A stretch of DNA of 62,763 nucleotides from Candidatus Epulonipiscium sp. (lineage in GTDB: Bacteria; Bacillota; Clostridia; Lachnospirales; JAAYNZ01), in assembly GCA_012520595.1 (NCBI GenBank), contig JAAYNZ010000089.1:1-62763 (forward strand). Direction: 5' to 3'. Positions 10,294 to 19,394 of this stretch are shown one piece after another. A program made the position numbers and the translations under genes. The first letter of the stretch is position 1. Each line of letters begins with the position of its first letter. Under the pieces are notes generated by a model that searched no databases, was not told the DNA's origin, and was given only the letters and a program-made list of their open reading frames with translations.

Positions 10294-11280
10294 ATGAATC
10301 AGTCTATAAAAGATCATAAAAATATTTACCTACTATCGATTGTTCTCTCTATTATTTTTGTCGTTTTTTTATTTTTTACTGGATGTCAAAAGACTAAAAA
10401 TGATGAATCAAAGAAAAATAGTAAAAACGATAAAAAGCCTCCTGCCTTAACAGAATTGATGCAATTATCCGAAGATATCGTGACCATGACCCAAGAGAAA
10501 AGATGGAATGAAGCTTCTGAAAAAATCAAAACCATGCATACAAAATGGAACCAATTTTATCCTTATGGTCAAAAGTCTGGGTTATCCTCTGAACACGCTC
10601 AAGAGTTTCGTACCGATTTAAATAAAGTTACTAATTTAATCATGAATAAGGCCATGGAAGAAACTAAAAAAAATGCCCAATGGGAATACCAAAAAGCCCA
10701 GATTAAGCTAAATATTCAAGAACAACAATCTCCCTCCTCTCAAAAAGACCAAAAAAAGGGGAGTGATAGTAGTAATGCAAGTGACAGCGGCAGTGAAGAA
10801 GAAAAAAGTAATAATGACTCACAAAAAAAAGGGGATGATAAAACCTCTAATGAAGAACAAACCCCCAAAATCGAATTACCTCAAGAAGTAGCTGAAAAAT
10901 ATAATGTTATTCTTCATACTTCTTCTGATGACTTACTAATTTCCCATGCTGCTATACAACTAACGAAGCATATCCCTAATTTCCTATCTTTATACGAAGA
11001 AGACATCTCTCCTTCTGTATTACGATTAAAGTACTATGTACGAGACATAAAAACTACAGGAACTCAAGAAAATTGGGATTTAGCAGAAAAAAATATAGAA
11101 AAAATCAAAGAATTATGGTCTCTTATTCAACCTCATGTAATCAAGCAAAAGGAAGAATTATCTCTACAATTTACTCAAAGTATAGCTGATTTAGAAGAAA
11201 TTATTTTGGAAGAAAATGCTCAACTAATAGCACTAAAATGTGATATTGTTTTAGCAAATATTGATAAGATGATGGACTAA
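10294..11280 (+). CDS. Putative lipoprotein of unknown function with acidic/Ser-rich low-complexity linker
   Basis: Signal peptide ending in the lipobox FFTGC, GAGGTG RBS, and two helical regions joined by a K/S/D/E-rich tract. One of only three plus-strand genes in the window. Confidence 0.6.
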   Translation: MNQSIKDHKNIYLLSIVLSIIFVVFLFFTGCQKTKNDESKKNSKNDKKPPALTELMQLSEDIVTMTQEKRWNEASEKIKTMHTKWNQFYPYGQKSGLSSEHAQEFRTDLNKVTNLIMNKAMEETKKNAQWEYQKAQIKLNIQEQQSPSSQKDQKKGSDSSNASDSGSEEEKSNNDSQKKGDDKTSNEEQTPKIELPQEVAEKYNVILHTSSDDLLISHAAIQLTKHIPNFLSLYEEDISPSVLRLKYYVRDIKTTGTQENWDLAEKNIEKIKELWSLIQPHVIKQKEELSLQFTQSIADLEEIILEENAQLIALKCDIVLANIDKMMD

Positions 11281-11286
11281 AACTCT

Positions 11287-12099
11287 CTACATGTTTGAAT
11301 GTGGCTTTCCTATAAATAAACTTCCAACTTCTTCTCCATTTATAATAGCATATAAATCATTAAGCTTTTCTGCATTGGCAATCACCATATCAATTCCTGC
11401 ATTTCCAACAATCTTAGCTGCTGCAATTTTAGTAGCCATTCCCCCTGTCCCTAAGCTACTACCAGCTCCTCCAGCTGCTGCCTCCACCTCAGGAGTAATC
11501 TCTGTTATCACAGATAGCAGCTGGGCTTTTGAATCTAACCGCGGATCACAAGTATATAAACCATCAATATCTGAAAGTAAAATCAATAAATCAGCTTTAA
11601 TTACATCTGCTACTGCGGCAGATAAGGTATCATTATCTCCAAATTCGATCTCCTCTGTAGCTACTGTATCATTTTCATTTACAATAGGAATGACTCCCAT
11701 CTTCAATAATGCACAAAAAGTATTTTCTGTATTTTTTCTCCTCCTAGGGTGCTTTACCACATCTTTTGTTAATAGTACTTGAGCTACTTGTTGGTTATAT
11801 TCTCCAAATAATTTTTCATAAATTTGCATCAATGCAGCTTGTCCAACAGCTGCCGCCGCTTGTTTTATGGCAATGGTTTTAGGACGTTCATGCAATCGTA
11901 AACGCTCAACTCCTACTGCAATGGCTCCAGAAGATACTAAGACAATTTCTTTTCCTTGGTTTCTCAAATCTGTTAAAATTCTTGCTAGTTGATCCATTTT
12001 GTATAGATTGAGTCTTCCTGTTTCATGGGTTAAAGAGGAAGATCCAATTTTAATCACAATTCTATTTTTGTTTTTTAAATTTACTCGATATTGATTCAT
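11287..12099 (-). CDS. proB: Glutamate 5-kinase (short form, no PUA domain)
   Basis: IVIKIGSSSLT...VLVSSGAIA...NENDTV...FGDNDTLSA. 270 aa, so the C-terminal PUA domain is absent. Confidence 0.95.
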   Translation of the reverse strand: MNQYRVNLKNKNRIVIKIGSSSLTHETGRLNLYKMDQLARILTDLRNQGKEIVLVSSGAIAVGVERLRLHERPKTIAIKQAAAAVGQAALMQIYEKLFGEYNQQVAQVLLTKDVVKHPRRRKNTENTFCALLKMGVIPIVNENDTVATEEIEFGDNDTLSAAVADVIKADLLILLSDIDGLYTCDPRLDSKAQLLSVITEITPEVEAAAGGAGSSLGTGGMATKIAAAKIVGNAGIDMVIANAEKLNDLYAIINGEEVGSLFIGKPHSNM

Positions 12100-12175
12100 A
12101 AAACCCCTCTTATCTTTTTAAAATTTAATAACTGATAAATATTTAGGTTCAAAGTTTATACTATAATAACCTCAT

Positions 12176-12203
12176 ATTATACCTGATTTTGCATGAATTT
12201 CAA
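12176..12203 (-). promoter_or_regulatory. Sigma-A-type promoter for proB
   Basis: Minus strand TTGAAA (12198-12203), 16-nt spacer, TATAAT (12176-12181). Confidence 0.55.
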
Positions 12204-12226
12204 GCTTTTTATAAAATAAAAAGAAG

Positions 12227-12280
12227 TTATAAACAATAATGCCCCTCATTTTGTAACATGAGGGGCATTATTGTTTATAA
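12227..12280 (-). terminator. Long-stem intrinsic terminator upstream of the proB promoter
   Basis: 23-bp perfect inverted repeat TTATAAACAATAATGCCCCTCAT / ATGAGGGGCATTATTGTTTATAA with an 8-nt loop. The minus strand continues CTTCTTTTTATTTT. Confidence 0.75.
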
Positions 12281-12284
12281 CAAA

Positions 12285-12464
12285 TTATAGATATAGATAT
12301 CCATCATAATCCAAATTTCACAAGATGCATATCCTCGATATGCGACTTCTTTCATCAAGTTGTTTCTTATTAGGATTTTAGAAACAACACCAAAGAACAG
12401 TCGAAGCAGGAGAGTGATATACAAGCTTACTGAATCTTTTGATTTTCAACGTGATTATCTATAA
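12285..12464 (-). ncRNA. Candidate structured RNA (sRNA or xylB 3'UTR element), family unknown
   Basis: ORF-free spacer. A 9-bp closing helix (12456-12464 with 12285-12293) encloses nested hairpins at 12359-12388 and 12327-12343 and an interrupted helix 12343-12352/12392-12403. A 23-bp-stem terminator follows directly. No family-specific motif recognised. Confidence 0.3.
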
Positions 12465-12466
12465 CC

Positions 12467-13981
12467 TTATAACAACGAAAAGGTCTCTTTTAAATCCTGA
12501 TACAATTTACGATAAATAGAATAATAATGCTCGTAAATATTACCTTTTTCTTTTTCAGGAAATTGATGTTGTATTTCTTTAATAGTAGCTTGACAACCCT
12601 CTTTTACACTCTTGTATACACCTGTTCCGACACCAGCTAATAAAGCTGCTCCAAAAGCAGGTCCTTCACTGGCATTGATTGTAACCACTTCTTTTTGAAA
12701 AACATCTGATTGAATTTGCCTCCATAAAGAACTTTTAGCTCCTCCCCCGGATACTCTAACTTTATTAACTTCAATTTTTAATTCCTCTATTATATTTAGA
12801 CAATCTTGTAAACTATAGGTAACCCCTTCCATAATACTTCTTATCATCTCTCGTTTTGTATGCTTGGCTGAAAGCCCGAAAAACACTCCACGAGCATAAG
12901 GATCTAAGTGAGGAGTTCGTTCTCCCATAAGATAGGGTAAATAGAGTAGTCCTTGGCAACCAGGTAAAGCTTGTTCAGCTTGTTGTGTCATAAGAACATA
13001 CGGATCCACATCCATTAATTGAGCTACTTCTTTTTCTTGACTACAAAATTGATCTCGAAACCATTTTAAAGATAAACCAGCTCCTTGAGTCACACCCATT
13101 ACATGCCATGTATTGGGAATTGCATGACAAAAAGTGTGTATCCGCCCTTTTGGATCCACAATCATCTCATCTGTGTAAGCAAATACAACTCCTGATGTAC
13201 CAATGGTAGAAGAAACAATACCCGACTCAACAATCCCATTACCAATTGCGCCTGCAGCTTGATCTCCTCCTCCACCTACTACAGGAGTTCCTTTCAATAA
13301 TCCTGTATCTTCAGCTGCTTGCTTTATGATTGTTCCACTAATTTCTTGAGATTCATATACTTTCGGCAACCATTGAGAATCAATCTCTAAAATACCTAAT
13401 ATTTCTTGGCTCCAATTTCTTTTTTTCACATCCAATAACTGGGTTCCACTAGCGTCTGATACTTCTGTAGCATAATTTCCTGTTAACATCAAACGAATGT
13501 AATCTTTAGGAAGTAAAATATGAGCAATTTTTTCATAAATGGAAGGCTCATTCTTTTTTACCCACATGATTTTTGAAGCGGTAAATCCTGTCAATGCTGG
13601 GTTTGCTGTAATTTCTAATAATTTCTCTTGACCTACCTTTTGTGTAATCTCTATACACTCTTGATCTGTTCTCTGATCACACCAAAGGATGGATGGACGT
13701 AGTATTCTATTATTTTTATCTAACAAAACTAAACCATGCATCTGCCCGGACAAACCAATTCCTTTTATCTCTTTGGACGAAATCCCACTTTTGGTAAGAA
13801 CTGATTGAATAGTATGACAAACTGCTTTCCACCAATCTTCAGGGTTTTGTTCTGCCCAACCAATGTGAGGTTGCTGTAATAGATATTCTTTTGTGGCACT
13901 AGCAATCGTCATTCCATTTGTATTAAACAATACCGTTTTTGTACCTGATGTACCAATATCAATCCCTAATAAATATGACAT
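12467..13981 (-). CDS. xylB: Xylulokinase
   Basis: 504 aa FGGY kinase (MSYLLGIDIGTSGTK...GGGDQAAGAIGNG...GGGAKS) sitting in a xylose cluster. Confidence 0.92.
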   Translation of the reverse strand: MSYLLGIDIGTSGTKTVLFNTNGMTIASATKEYLLQQPHIGWAEQNPEDWWKAVCHTIQSVLTKSGISSKEIKGIGLSGQMHGLVLLDKNNRILRPSILWCDQRTDQECIEITQKVGQEKLLEITANPALTGFTASKIMWVKKNEPSIYEKIAHILLPKDYIRLMLTGNYATEVSDASGTQLLDVKKRNWSQEILGILEIDSQWLPKVYESQEISGTIIKQAAEDTGLLKGTPVVGGGGDQAAGAIGNGIVESGIVSSTIGTSGVVFAYTDEMIVDPKGRIHTFCHAIPNTWHVMGVTQGAGLSLKWFRDQFCSQEKEVAQLMDVDPYVLMTQQAEQALPGCQGLLYLPYLMGERTPHLDPYARGVFFGLSAKHTKREMIRSIMEGVTYSLQDCLNIIEELKIEVNKVRVSGGGAKSSLWRQIQSDVFQKEVVTINASEGPAFGAALLAGVGTGVYKSVKEGCQATIKEIQHQFPEKEKGNIYEHYYSIYRKLYQDLKETFSLL

Positions 13982-14008
13982 ATCTATTCTTCCTCTTCTA
14001 CTAGATTC

Positions 14009-14653
14009 TCATTTCTTCATAGTATTCCAATCAGATAAAAATTTTTGAATTCCTGCCTCTGTTAAAGGATGTTTAATCATCTGTACAATAACAGAATAAG
14101 GAATTGTAGCAATATGAGCCCCTATTCTTGCTGCTTCAATTACATGAATAGGATTTCGAATGCTTGCTGCTATAATCTCAGTATCCAATTTATGAACTGT
14201 AAAAATATCTACGATCTCTTCAATTAATTGCATACCTTTTGAACCAATATCATCCAATCGTCCTAAAAAAGGACTTACAAAAGTTGCCCCTGCTCTAGCT
14301 GCTAATAAAGCTTGAGTTGCGGAAAAAATTAATGTTACATTGGTTTTAATACCTTCTTTTTGAAGCGTATGAACTGCTTCTAAACCTTCTTGGGTCATAG
14401 GAATTTTAATAACAATATTTTTATCTATCTTGCTTAATTCCCTAGCTTCCCGTAACATTTCTTCTGTCGTTAATCCAATTACTTCCGCACTAATAGGACC
14501 TTGTACAATGGAAGTAATTTGTTTTAAAGTACTAATAAAATCTTTACCTTCTTTAGCTATTAATGAAGGATTGGTAGTTACTCCTGATATAACCCCCATT
14601 GCATTTGCTTTTTTAATTTCTTCAATATTAGCAGTATCGATAAATATTTTCAT
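14009..14653 (-). CDS. Fructose-6-phosphate aldolase / short transaldolase (family 3B)
   Basis: [13 protein letters not shown]...GVTTNPSL...KIPMT...SPFLGR. Start set to the ATG at 14653, 8 nt after GGAG. Confidence 0.9.
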   Translation of the reverse strand: MKIFIDTANIEEIKKANAMGVISGVTTNPSLIAKEGKDFISTLKQITSIVQGPISAEVIGLTTEEMLREARELSKIDKNIVIKIPMTQEGLEAVHTLQKEGIKTNVTLIFSATQALLAARAGATFVSPFLGRLDDIGSKGMQLIEEIVDIFTVHKLDTEIIAASIRNPIHVIEAARIGAHIATIPYSVIVQMIKHPLTEAGIQKFLSDWNTMKK

Positions 14654-14751
14654 ATTCTTCACTCCTTTTTTATCATCTTTATTTTTACTAAGTCTATAAT
14701 GATTCTGTTCATTTTCCAGAGGCTAAAACCTTTAATAATCTATGATTTTTT

Positions 14752-15942
14752 TTATAACACAGAATCGTTATAGAATAATAAATTATGCAAAGGAAGAAGA
14801 GAAGCCCCTAAAACAGATGCGTTTTCCTGTAAAGCTGAAACAACAAGAGTATTATCTTCTTCTTCATAAAATGAATTTGGTACAAAAACTTTTTGCTTTA
14901 AAGAAGGCAATAAATGCTCTCCATAGAGACTAATATCTCCTCCTATAACAATATAATGCGGGTCTAGCGATAAAATAATATCTTGTATTCCCGTAGCTAA
15001 ATATTCTAAATACATATTCCAAATCTTTTGGGCTTCTTGTTCTTTTTCATCTAGTTGATGGAAAAAATAATCTAATGTAATATAAGGTTCATCTTCCAAT
15101 AAAGTTTTTTTATACAAGGATAAAAGTGATTGTACAGATGCATATAATTCCCAACATCCTTTACGTCCACAGTTACAATATTTCCCATTCGCTATAATGC
15201 TCATATGTCCAAATTCCCCAGCTCTTTTATTCTTCCCCTTATATAAATGTCCTTGTATTACAATGCCAGATCCTATTCCTTCTTTAATGGATAAATAAAC
15301 CAAGTTTTGCATTTGCTTAGCAACGCCTAGATGCAACTCTCCTAAAGCAGCAGCATTTGCTTCATTTTCTATATAAATAGGAACGGAATAAAAAGAACTA
15401 AATCGATTTTTGAAAGAAATGTGATAAAGCCCCAAATTAGGTGCCATTTCTAAATTCCCTATTTCTTCATTTACTGTTCCTGGAAGAGAAAAGCCAATCC
15501 CTACCACTTTTTTTCCTTCAATCTGTTGTTCTTTTATGATTTCTTGAATGCGCTCCGCTATCTTTTTCATAATATCTTCAATGGTTTCCATCCTCGAAAA
15601 AGGAAATTTTACTTGATGCCGAATCTGGGAATCTAGATTTGTTAAAACAATATGAACATGTTGTGTGGAAATATCTACTCCAAAAGAAAATCTTGCATCT
15701 GGTAAAAAACGTATAATTACAGGTTTCCTTCCACCTGTAGAATCAGCGACTCCTCCTTCTTCCACCAATCCTTCTTTCATTAATTCATTAATATTATTAC
15801 TAATCGTTGGAATACTTAATCCCAAAATTTGCGACATCTCTTGTTTTGTCATTTCTCTTCTTTTTTGGAGTAACTGTAGAATTTTTTTTTGATTTATGTC
15901 TTTGATCATTTCTTGATCTAATGTATTCCAATTAAACACCAT
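14752..15942 (-). CDS. ROK-family transcriptional regulator (XylR-like)
   Basis: N-terminal wHTH (TKQEMSQILGLSIPTISNNINEL) plus ROK sugar-kinase fold with zinc motif (CNCGRKGCWE), located between xylA and tal/xylB. Start set to the ATG at 15942 after AGGTGG. Confidence 0.85.
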   Translation of the reverse strand: MVFNWNTLDQEMIKDINQKKILQLLQKRREMTKQEMSQILGLSIPTISNNINELMKEGLVEEGGVADSTGGRKPVIIRFLPDARFSFGVDISTQHVHIVLTNLDSQIRHQVKFPFSRMETIEDIMKKIAERIQEIIKEQQIEGKKVVGIGFSLPGTVNEEIGNLEMAPNLGLYHISFKNRFSSFYSVPIYIENEANAAALGELHLGVAKQMQNLVYLSIKEGIGSGIVIQGHLYKGKNKRAGEFGHMSIIANGKYCNCGRKGCWELYASVQSLLSLYKKTLLEDEPYITLDYFFHQLDEKEQEAQKIWNMYLEYLATGIQDIILSLDPHYIVIGGDISLYGEHLLPSLKQKVFVPNSFYEEEDNTLVVSALQENASVLGASLLPLHNLLFYNDSVL

Positions 15943-15970
15943 CTCACCCACCTGTATAAATCGAGGTATA

Positions 15971-17290
15971 CTACGCTTCTAAAATATATTGATTTAATAT
16001 GGATTCCAACATTTCTTGACGACCTGAAACATTTACGATTTTATTATTTTGCAGAGCATATTCTTCTAATTCTTTAAAACCTACTTTCCCTTCTACAATT
16101 TCTTTACCAATGCCATAAGTATAACTTTCATAACGTTTTTCAATGAAATTTTCTAATACTTGGCTTTCTAGAAGTTGATAGGCTACTTTTAATCCTCTAG
16201 CAAAAGCATCCATACCTGCAATATGGGCGTATACTAAATCTACAGGTTCAAAGGATCCTCGTCTTACTTTTGCATCAAAATTAAGTCCTCCTTGATGAAG
16301 TCCGCCATTTTTCAAAACTTCATACATAGCTAGTGTAGTATCATAAATATTTGTAGGAAACTGATCTGTATCCCAGCCTAACAAAGGATCTCCTTGGTTC
16401 GCATCAACACTTCCTAAAATTCCATTGATTCGTGCAACATGAAGCTCATGTTGAAAAGTATGACCTGCTAAAGTAGCATGGTTAGCCTCAATATTCATTT
16501 TAAAATAAGAATCTAAATCATATTCTTTTAAGAAACTAAAAACAGTTGCCACATCAAAATCATATTGATGTTTCGTAGGTTCTTTAGGCTTAGGCTCAAT
16601 CAAAAATTGTCCTTCAAATCCTATTTCTTTGGCATAATCTACAGCCATGTGTAAAAATTTTGCTAAATTATCCAATTCCAATTTCATATTTGTGTTTAGT
16701 AGGGTTTCATATCCTTCCCGTCCCCCCCAAAACACATAATTTTTTCCTCCTAGTTCATGGGTTATTTCCATTGCTTTTTTTACTTGAGCTGCTACATAAG
16801 CAAACACATCTGCATTGCAAGAAGTAGCTGCTCCATGAACATATCTTGGATGCCCGAAAGCATTGGCTGTTCCCCATAGTAGCTGTATTCCTGTTTCTTT
16901 CATTAGTTCTTTCATACGTTCTACAATAATATCTATATTTTGATTGGTCTTTGCCAAGGTGTCTCCTTCAGGAGCAATGTCTCGATCATGAAAACAAAAA
17001 AAGGGAATATTTAATTTTTTCATAAAGATAAAAGCAGCCTCTAAACGAGCTTTTGCTATATCCATCGGATTTGAAAAATGATCCCATTCTCTTATCATGG
17101 TCCCTACCCCGAATGGATCCGCTCCTGTACCTGTTAACGTATGCCAATAAGCCATAGAAAATCGTAAATGTTCTTCCATTGTTTTATTTCCTATTTTTTC
17201 TTTAGGATTATAATACTTAAAAGCCAAGGGATTTTTTGATTCTTTTCCTTCATAAAAAATATTAGGTATATCTTCAAAATATTTTGTCAT
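15971..17290 (-). CDS. xylA: Xylose isomerase
   Basis: Full-length XylA (FCFHDRD...WGGREG...[10 protein letters not shown]...). Start set to the ATG at 17290 after GGAGG (MTKYFEDIP...). Confidence 0.97.
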   Translation of the reverse strand: MTKYFEDIPNIFYEGKESKNPLAFKYYNPKEKIGNKTMEEHLRFSMAYWHTLTGTGADPFGVGTMIREWDHFSNPMDIAKARLEAAFIFMKKLNIPFFCFHDRDIAPEGDTLAKTNQNIDIIVERMKELMKETGIQLLWGTANAFGHPRYVHGAATSCNADVFAYVAAQVKKAMEITHELGGKNYVFWGGREGYETLLNTNMKLELDNLAKFLHMAVDYAKEIGFEGQFLIEPKPKEPTKHQYDFDVATVFSFLKEYDLDSYFKMNIEANHATLAGHTFQHELHVARINGILGSVDANQGDPLLGWDTDQFPTNIYDTTLAMYEVLKNGGLHQGGLNFDAKVRRGSFEPVDLVYAHIAGMDAFARGLKVAYQLLESQVLENFIEKRYESYTYGIGKEIVEGKVGFKELEEYALQNNKIVNVSGRQEMLESILNQYILEA

Positions 17291-17325
17291 TGTGGATACC
17301 TCCATATATATTTGTATATATTAGG

Positions 17326-17354
17326 ATAATATCATATTTTTTTATCTTTTGCAA
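17326..17354 (-). promoter_or_regulatory. Candidate sigma-A-type promoter for xylA
   Basis: Minus strand TTGCAA (17349-17354), 17-nt spacer, TATTAT (17326-17331), just downstream of the kdgK terminator. Confidence 0.45.
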
Positions 17355-17394
17355 CCCGTTTTATAAAGTAACTTTAATAAGTTTTCTAAAAAAA

Positions 17395-17417
17395 GAGTAT
17401 GCCACATGAGCATACTC
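17395..17417 (-). terminator. Intrinsic terminator after kdgK
   Basis: GAGTATGC-cacatga-GCATACTC followed by TTTTTTTAG on the minus strand. Confidence 0.8.
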
Positions 17418-17473
17418 CGAAAACACAGTATATATAAATAAAATCAAATGAGCAATTTTGTAAAATACTATAC

Positions 17474-18499
17474 TTACCTTTGAACTCTTCCAGAAGCGTC
17501 ACCTTTAACTAAAGTCATCACTTCTGCTTCTGTCATCATGTTAAAATCTCCAGGAATTGTATGTTTCAAAGCAGAAGCTGCTACTCCAAATTCTAAAGCT
17601 TCTTTGAAATCCTTCCCTGTAACAAGTCCATAAATAACACCAGCTGCAAAGGAATCTCCTCCGCCTACACGGTCTACAATACGAATATCATATTTTTTGG
17701 AACGATAGAATTCATTTCCATCATAAATAAGAGCAGACCAACCATTATCTGATGCAGAGTAACTTTCTCTTAAGCTAGAAACAACATATTTGAAATTAAA
17801 TTTATCTTTCATTTGTTTGAAAATATCTTTGTAACCTTCTAATTCTAATTCACCTTTTGTTACATCTGTATTACCAGGTTTAAAACCTAATACTTTTTCA
17901 GCATCTTCTTCATTTCCAATACATACATCTACGTATTGCATTAAATTTGTCATAACTGTTTGAGCTTCCTCTGGAGTCCATAGGTTTTTTCGATAGTTTA
18001 AATCCACACTTACAGTTACTCCGTGTTTTTTAGCAGCTTTTAAAGCGGCTTCTGTAATTTTTGCACCTTGTGCACTAAGAGCAGGAGTAATACCTGTAAA
18101 GTGGAACCAATCTGCTCCTTCAAAAATAGCATCAAAATTAAAATCTTCTACTTTTGCTTCTGCTATAGCAGCATGAGCTCGGTCATAAACTACTTTTGAA
18201 GGTCTCATGGATGCACCTGTTTCTAAGTAATAGATCCCAATTCGATCTCCACCACGTACGATATGATCTGTATGAACACCATATCTTCTTAAGTGATTAA
18301 CTGCACTTTGTCCAATAGGATTGTCAGGAAGTTTTGTTACAAAATGCGCATCCAATCCATAGTTCGCTAAAGAAACAGCTACATTCGCTTCTCCACCTCC
18401 ATAAGTAACATCAAAAGATTCCGCCTGTACAAATCTTTGATAACCTGGTGTAGATAAACGAAGCATAATTTCTCCCATGGTTACAACTTTTTTAGCCAT
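17474..18499 (-). CDS. kdgK: 2-dehydro-3-deoxygluconokinase (PfkB family)
   Basis: 341 aa. VVTMGEIMLRL...GGGEANVA...DRVGGGDSFAAG (PfkB signature). Adjacent to eda. Confidence 0.9.
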   Translation of the reverse strand: MAKKVVTMGEIMLRLSTPGYQRFVQAESFDVTYGGGEANVAVSLANYGLDAHFVTKLPDNPIGQSAVNHLRRYGVHTDHIVRGGDRIGIYYLETGASMRPSKVVYDRAHAAIAEAKVEDFNFDAIFEGADWFHFTGITPALSAQGAKITEAALKAAKKHGVTVSVDLNYRKNLWTPEEAQTVMTNLMQYVDVCIGNEEDAEKVLGFKPGNTDVTKGELELEGYKDIFKQMKDKFNFKYVVSSLRESYSASDNGWSALIYDGNEFYRSKKYDIRIVDRVGGGDSFAAGVIYGLVTGKDFKEALEFGVAASALKHTIPGDFNMMTEAEVMTLVKGDASGRVQR

Positions 18500-18544
18500 T
18501 TATATCCTCCTCATATTACATTAATATCTATTTTATAAATTTAT

Positions 18545-19195
18545 TTACATTGATTCTCTTGCCTCTTTAATCTTTGCTACAAAGGCTTTTGCTGTAGCCG
18601 TTACTTCTTCATAATTTCCTGTTTTGGCTCCCTTTGTAAGTTGTCCGCCCACTCCTACAGCAATACAACCATTTTTAATCCATTGGTCCGCATTTTCTAA
18701 ACTTACTCCACCTGTAGGCATTAATACTGCTTGAGGAACAGGTCCCTTAATATCTTTAATGAATCCAGGTCCAAAAGCGTTACCTGGGAATACTTTGATT
18801 ACATCTGCTCCTGCTTCCATAGCCTTAATCATTTCTGTTAATGTCATACATCCAGGCATATAAGGAATTTGATAACGATTACATAATTTGCAAGTTTCTT
18901 CATCAAAAGCAGGGCTTACAATATATTCCGCACCTGCTAAAATAGCAATCCGTGCTGTTTCACTATCTAATACAGTTCCAGCTCCAACGATTAATTCATC
19001 TTTAGAAAACTTTTGTTTTAAAGACTCAATTACTTTATGTGCTCCAGGAACAGTAAATGTAATTTCAATAGCAGGAACGCCTCCATCAATACAAGCTTTA
19101 GCTATTTTTTCTGCTTTTTCTTCATTTTCTGCACGAACAACAGCTACAATTCCTACATCCATAATTCTTTGCAATGTTTGCATTTTGGGTATCAT
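18545..19195 (-). CDS. eda: 2-dehydro-3-deoxyphosphogluconate / 4-hydroxy-2-oxoglutarate aldolase
   Basis: 216 aa. VVR...IEITFTVPGA...GAGTVL...KVFPG...PTGGV, the KDPG aldolase pattern. Confidence 0.9.
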   Translation of the reverse strand: MIPKMQTLQRIMDVGIVAVVRAENEEKAEKIAKACIDGGVPAIEITFTVPGAHKVIESLKQKFSKDELIVGAGTVLDSETARIAILAGAEYIVSPAFDEETCKLCNRYQIPYMPGCMTLTEMIKAMEAGADVIKVFPGNAFGPGFIKDIKGPVPQAVLMPTGGVSLENADQWIKNGCIAVGVGGQLTKGAKTGNYEEVTATAKAFVAKIKEARESM

Positions 19196-19241
19196 ATAAA
19201 TCCTCCCTTTCTTGTTCTATTGTTTCACGTAGCAAACCTCT

Positions 19242-19258
19242 ATTTCATTATATGAAAT
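19242..19258. promoter_or_regulatory. Palindromic candidate operator (IclR/KdgR-type) covering the eda -10 box
   Basis: ATTTCAT-TAT-ATGAAAT, 7-bp perfect half-sites with a 3-bp spacer. The TATAAT -10 lies inside the palindrome. Confidence 0.45.
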
Positions 19259-19275
19259 TAATTAAGATATTACAA
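19247..19275 (-). promoter_or_regulatory. Sigma-A-type promoter for eda-kdgK
   Basis: Minus strand TTGTAA (19270-19275), 17-nt spacer, TATAAT (19247-19252). Confidence 0.55.
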
Positions 19276-19356
19276 AACATAAAATCCTCTATTATTTAAG
19301 TTTATCCTTCTTTTTTTCATTTTATAGCCCTCATATTACGTTTTTCAGATAAATTT

Positions 19357-19386
19357 AAAACCATGTCTTTTAACAGACATGGTTTT
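19357..19386 (-). terminator. Intrinsic terminator after the IclR-type regulator
   Basis: AAAACCATGTCT-tttaac-AGACATGGTTTT, a 12-bp perfect stem whose 3' arm ends in U4. Confidence 0.6.
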
Positions 19387-19394
19387 AAATTTAA

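Noticed and set aside
11291-11782. 163-aa plus-strand ORF antisense to proB. Similar antisense ORFs occur at 39-221, 623-826, 1798-2064, 5973-6290, 6297-6527, 14430-14699, 15665-15892, 18888-19199, 22866-23105, 23908-24228, 31272-31505, 43361-43558, 47145-47447, 47739-48017, 48282-48479, 50190-50447, 51612-51869, 55302-55616, 55717-55965, 59669-59869 and 60202-60456.
   Set aside because: All lie fully or mostly inside well-supported genes on the opposite strand. They have low-complexity or odd composition (P/S/I/F-rich mirror translations), lack RBS motifs and resemble no family. They are shadow ORFs.
17340-17370. Possible CcpA cre site or XylR operator upstream of xylA (TGCAACCCGTTTTA and AT-rich repeats)
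   Set aside because: The sequence matches the cre consensus TGWAANCGNTNWCA at too few positions (3 mismatches, including the conserved 3' CA). No clear inverted repeat comparable to known XylR operators was found.
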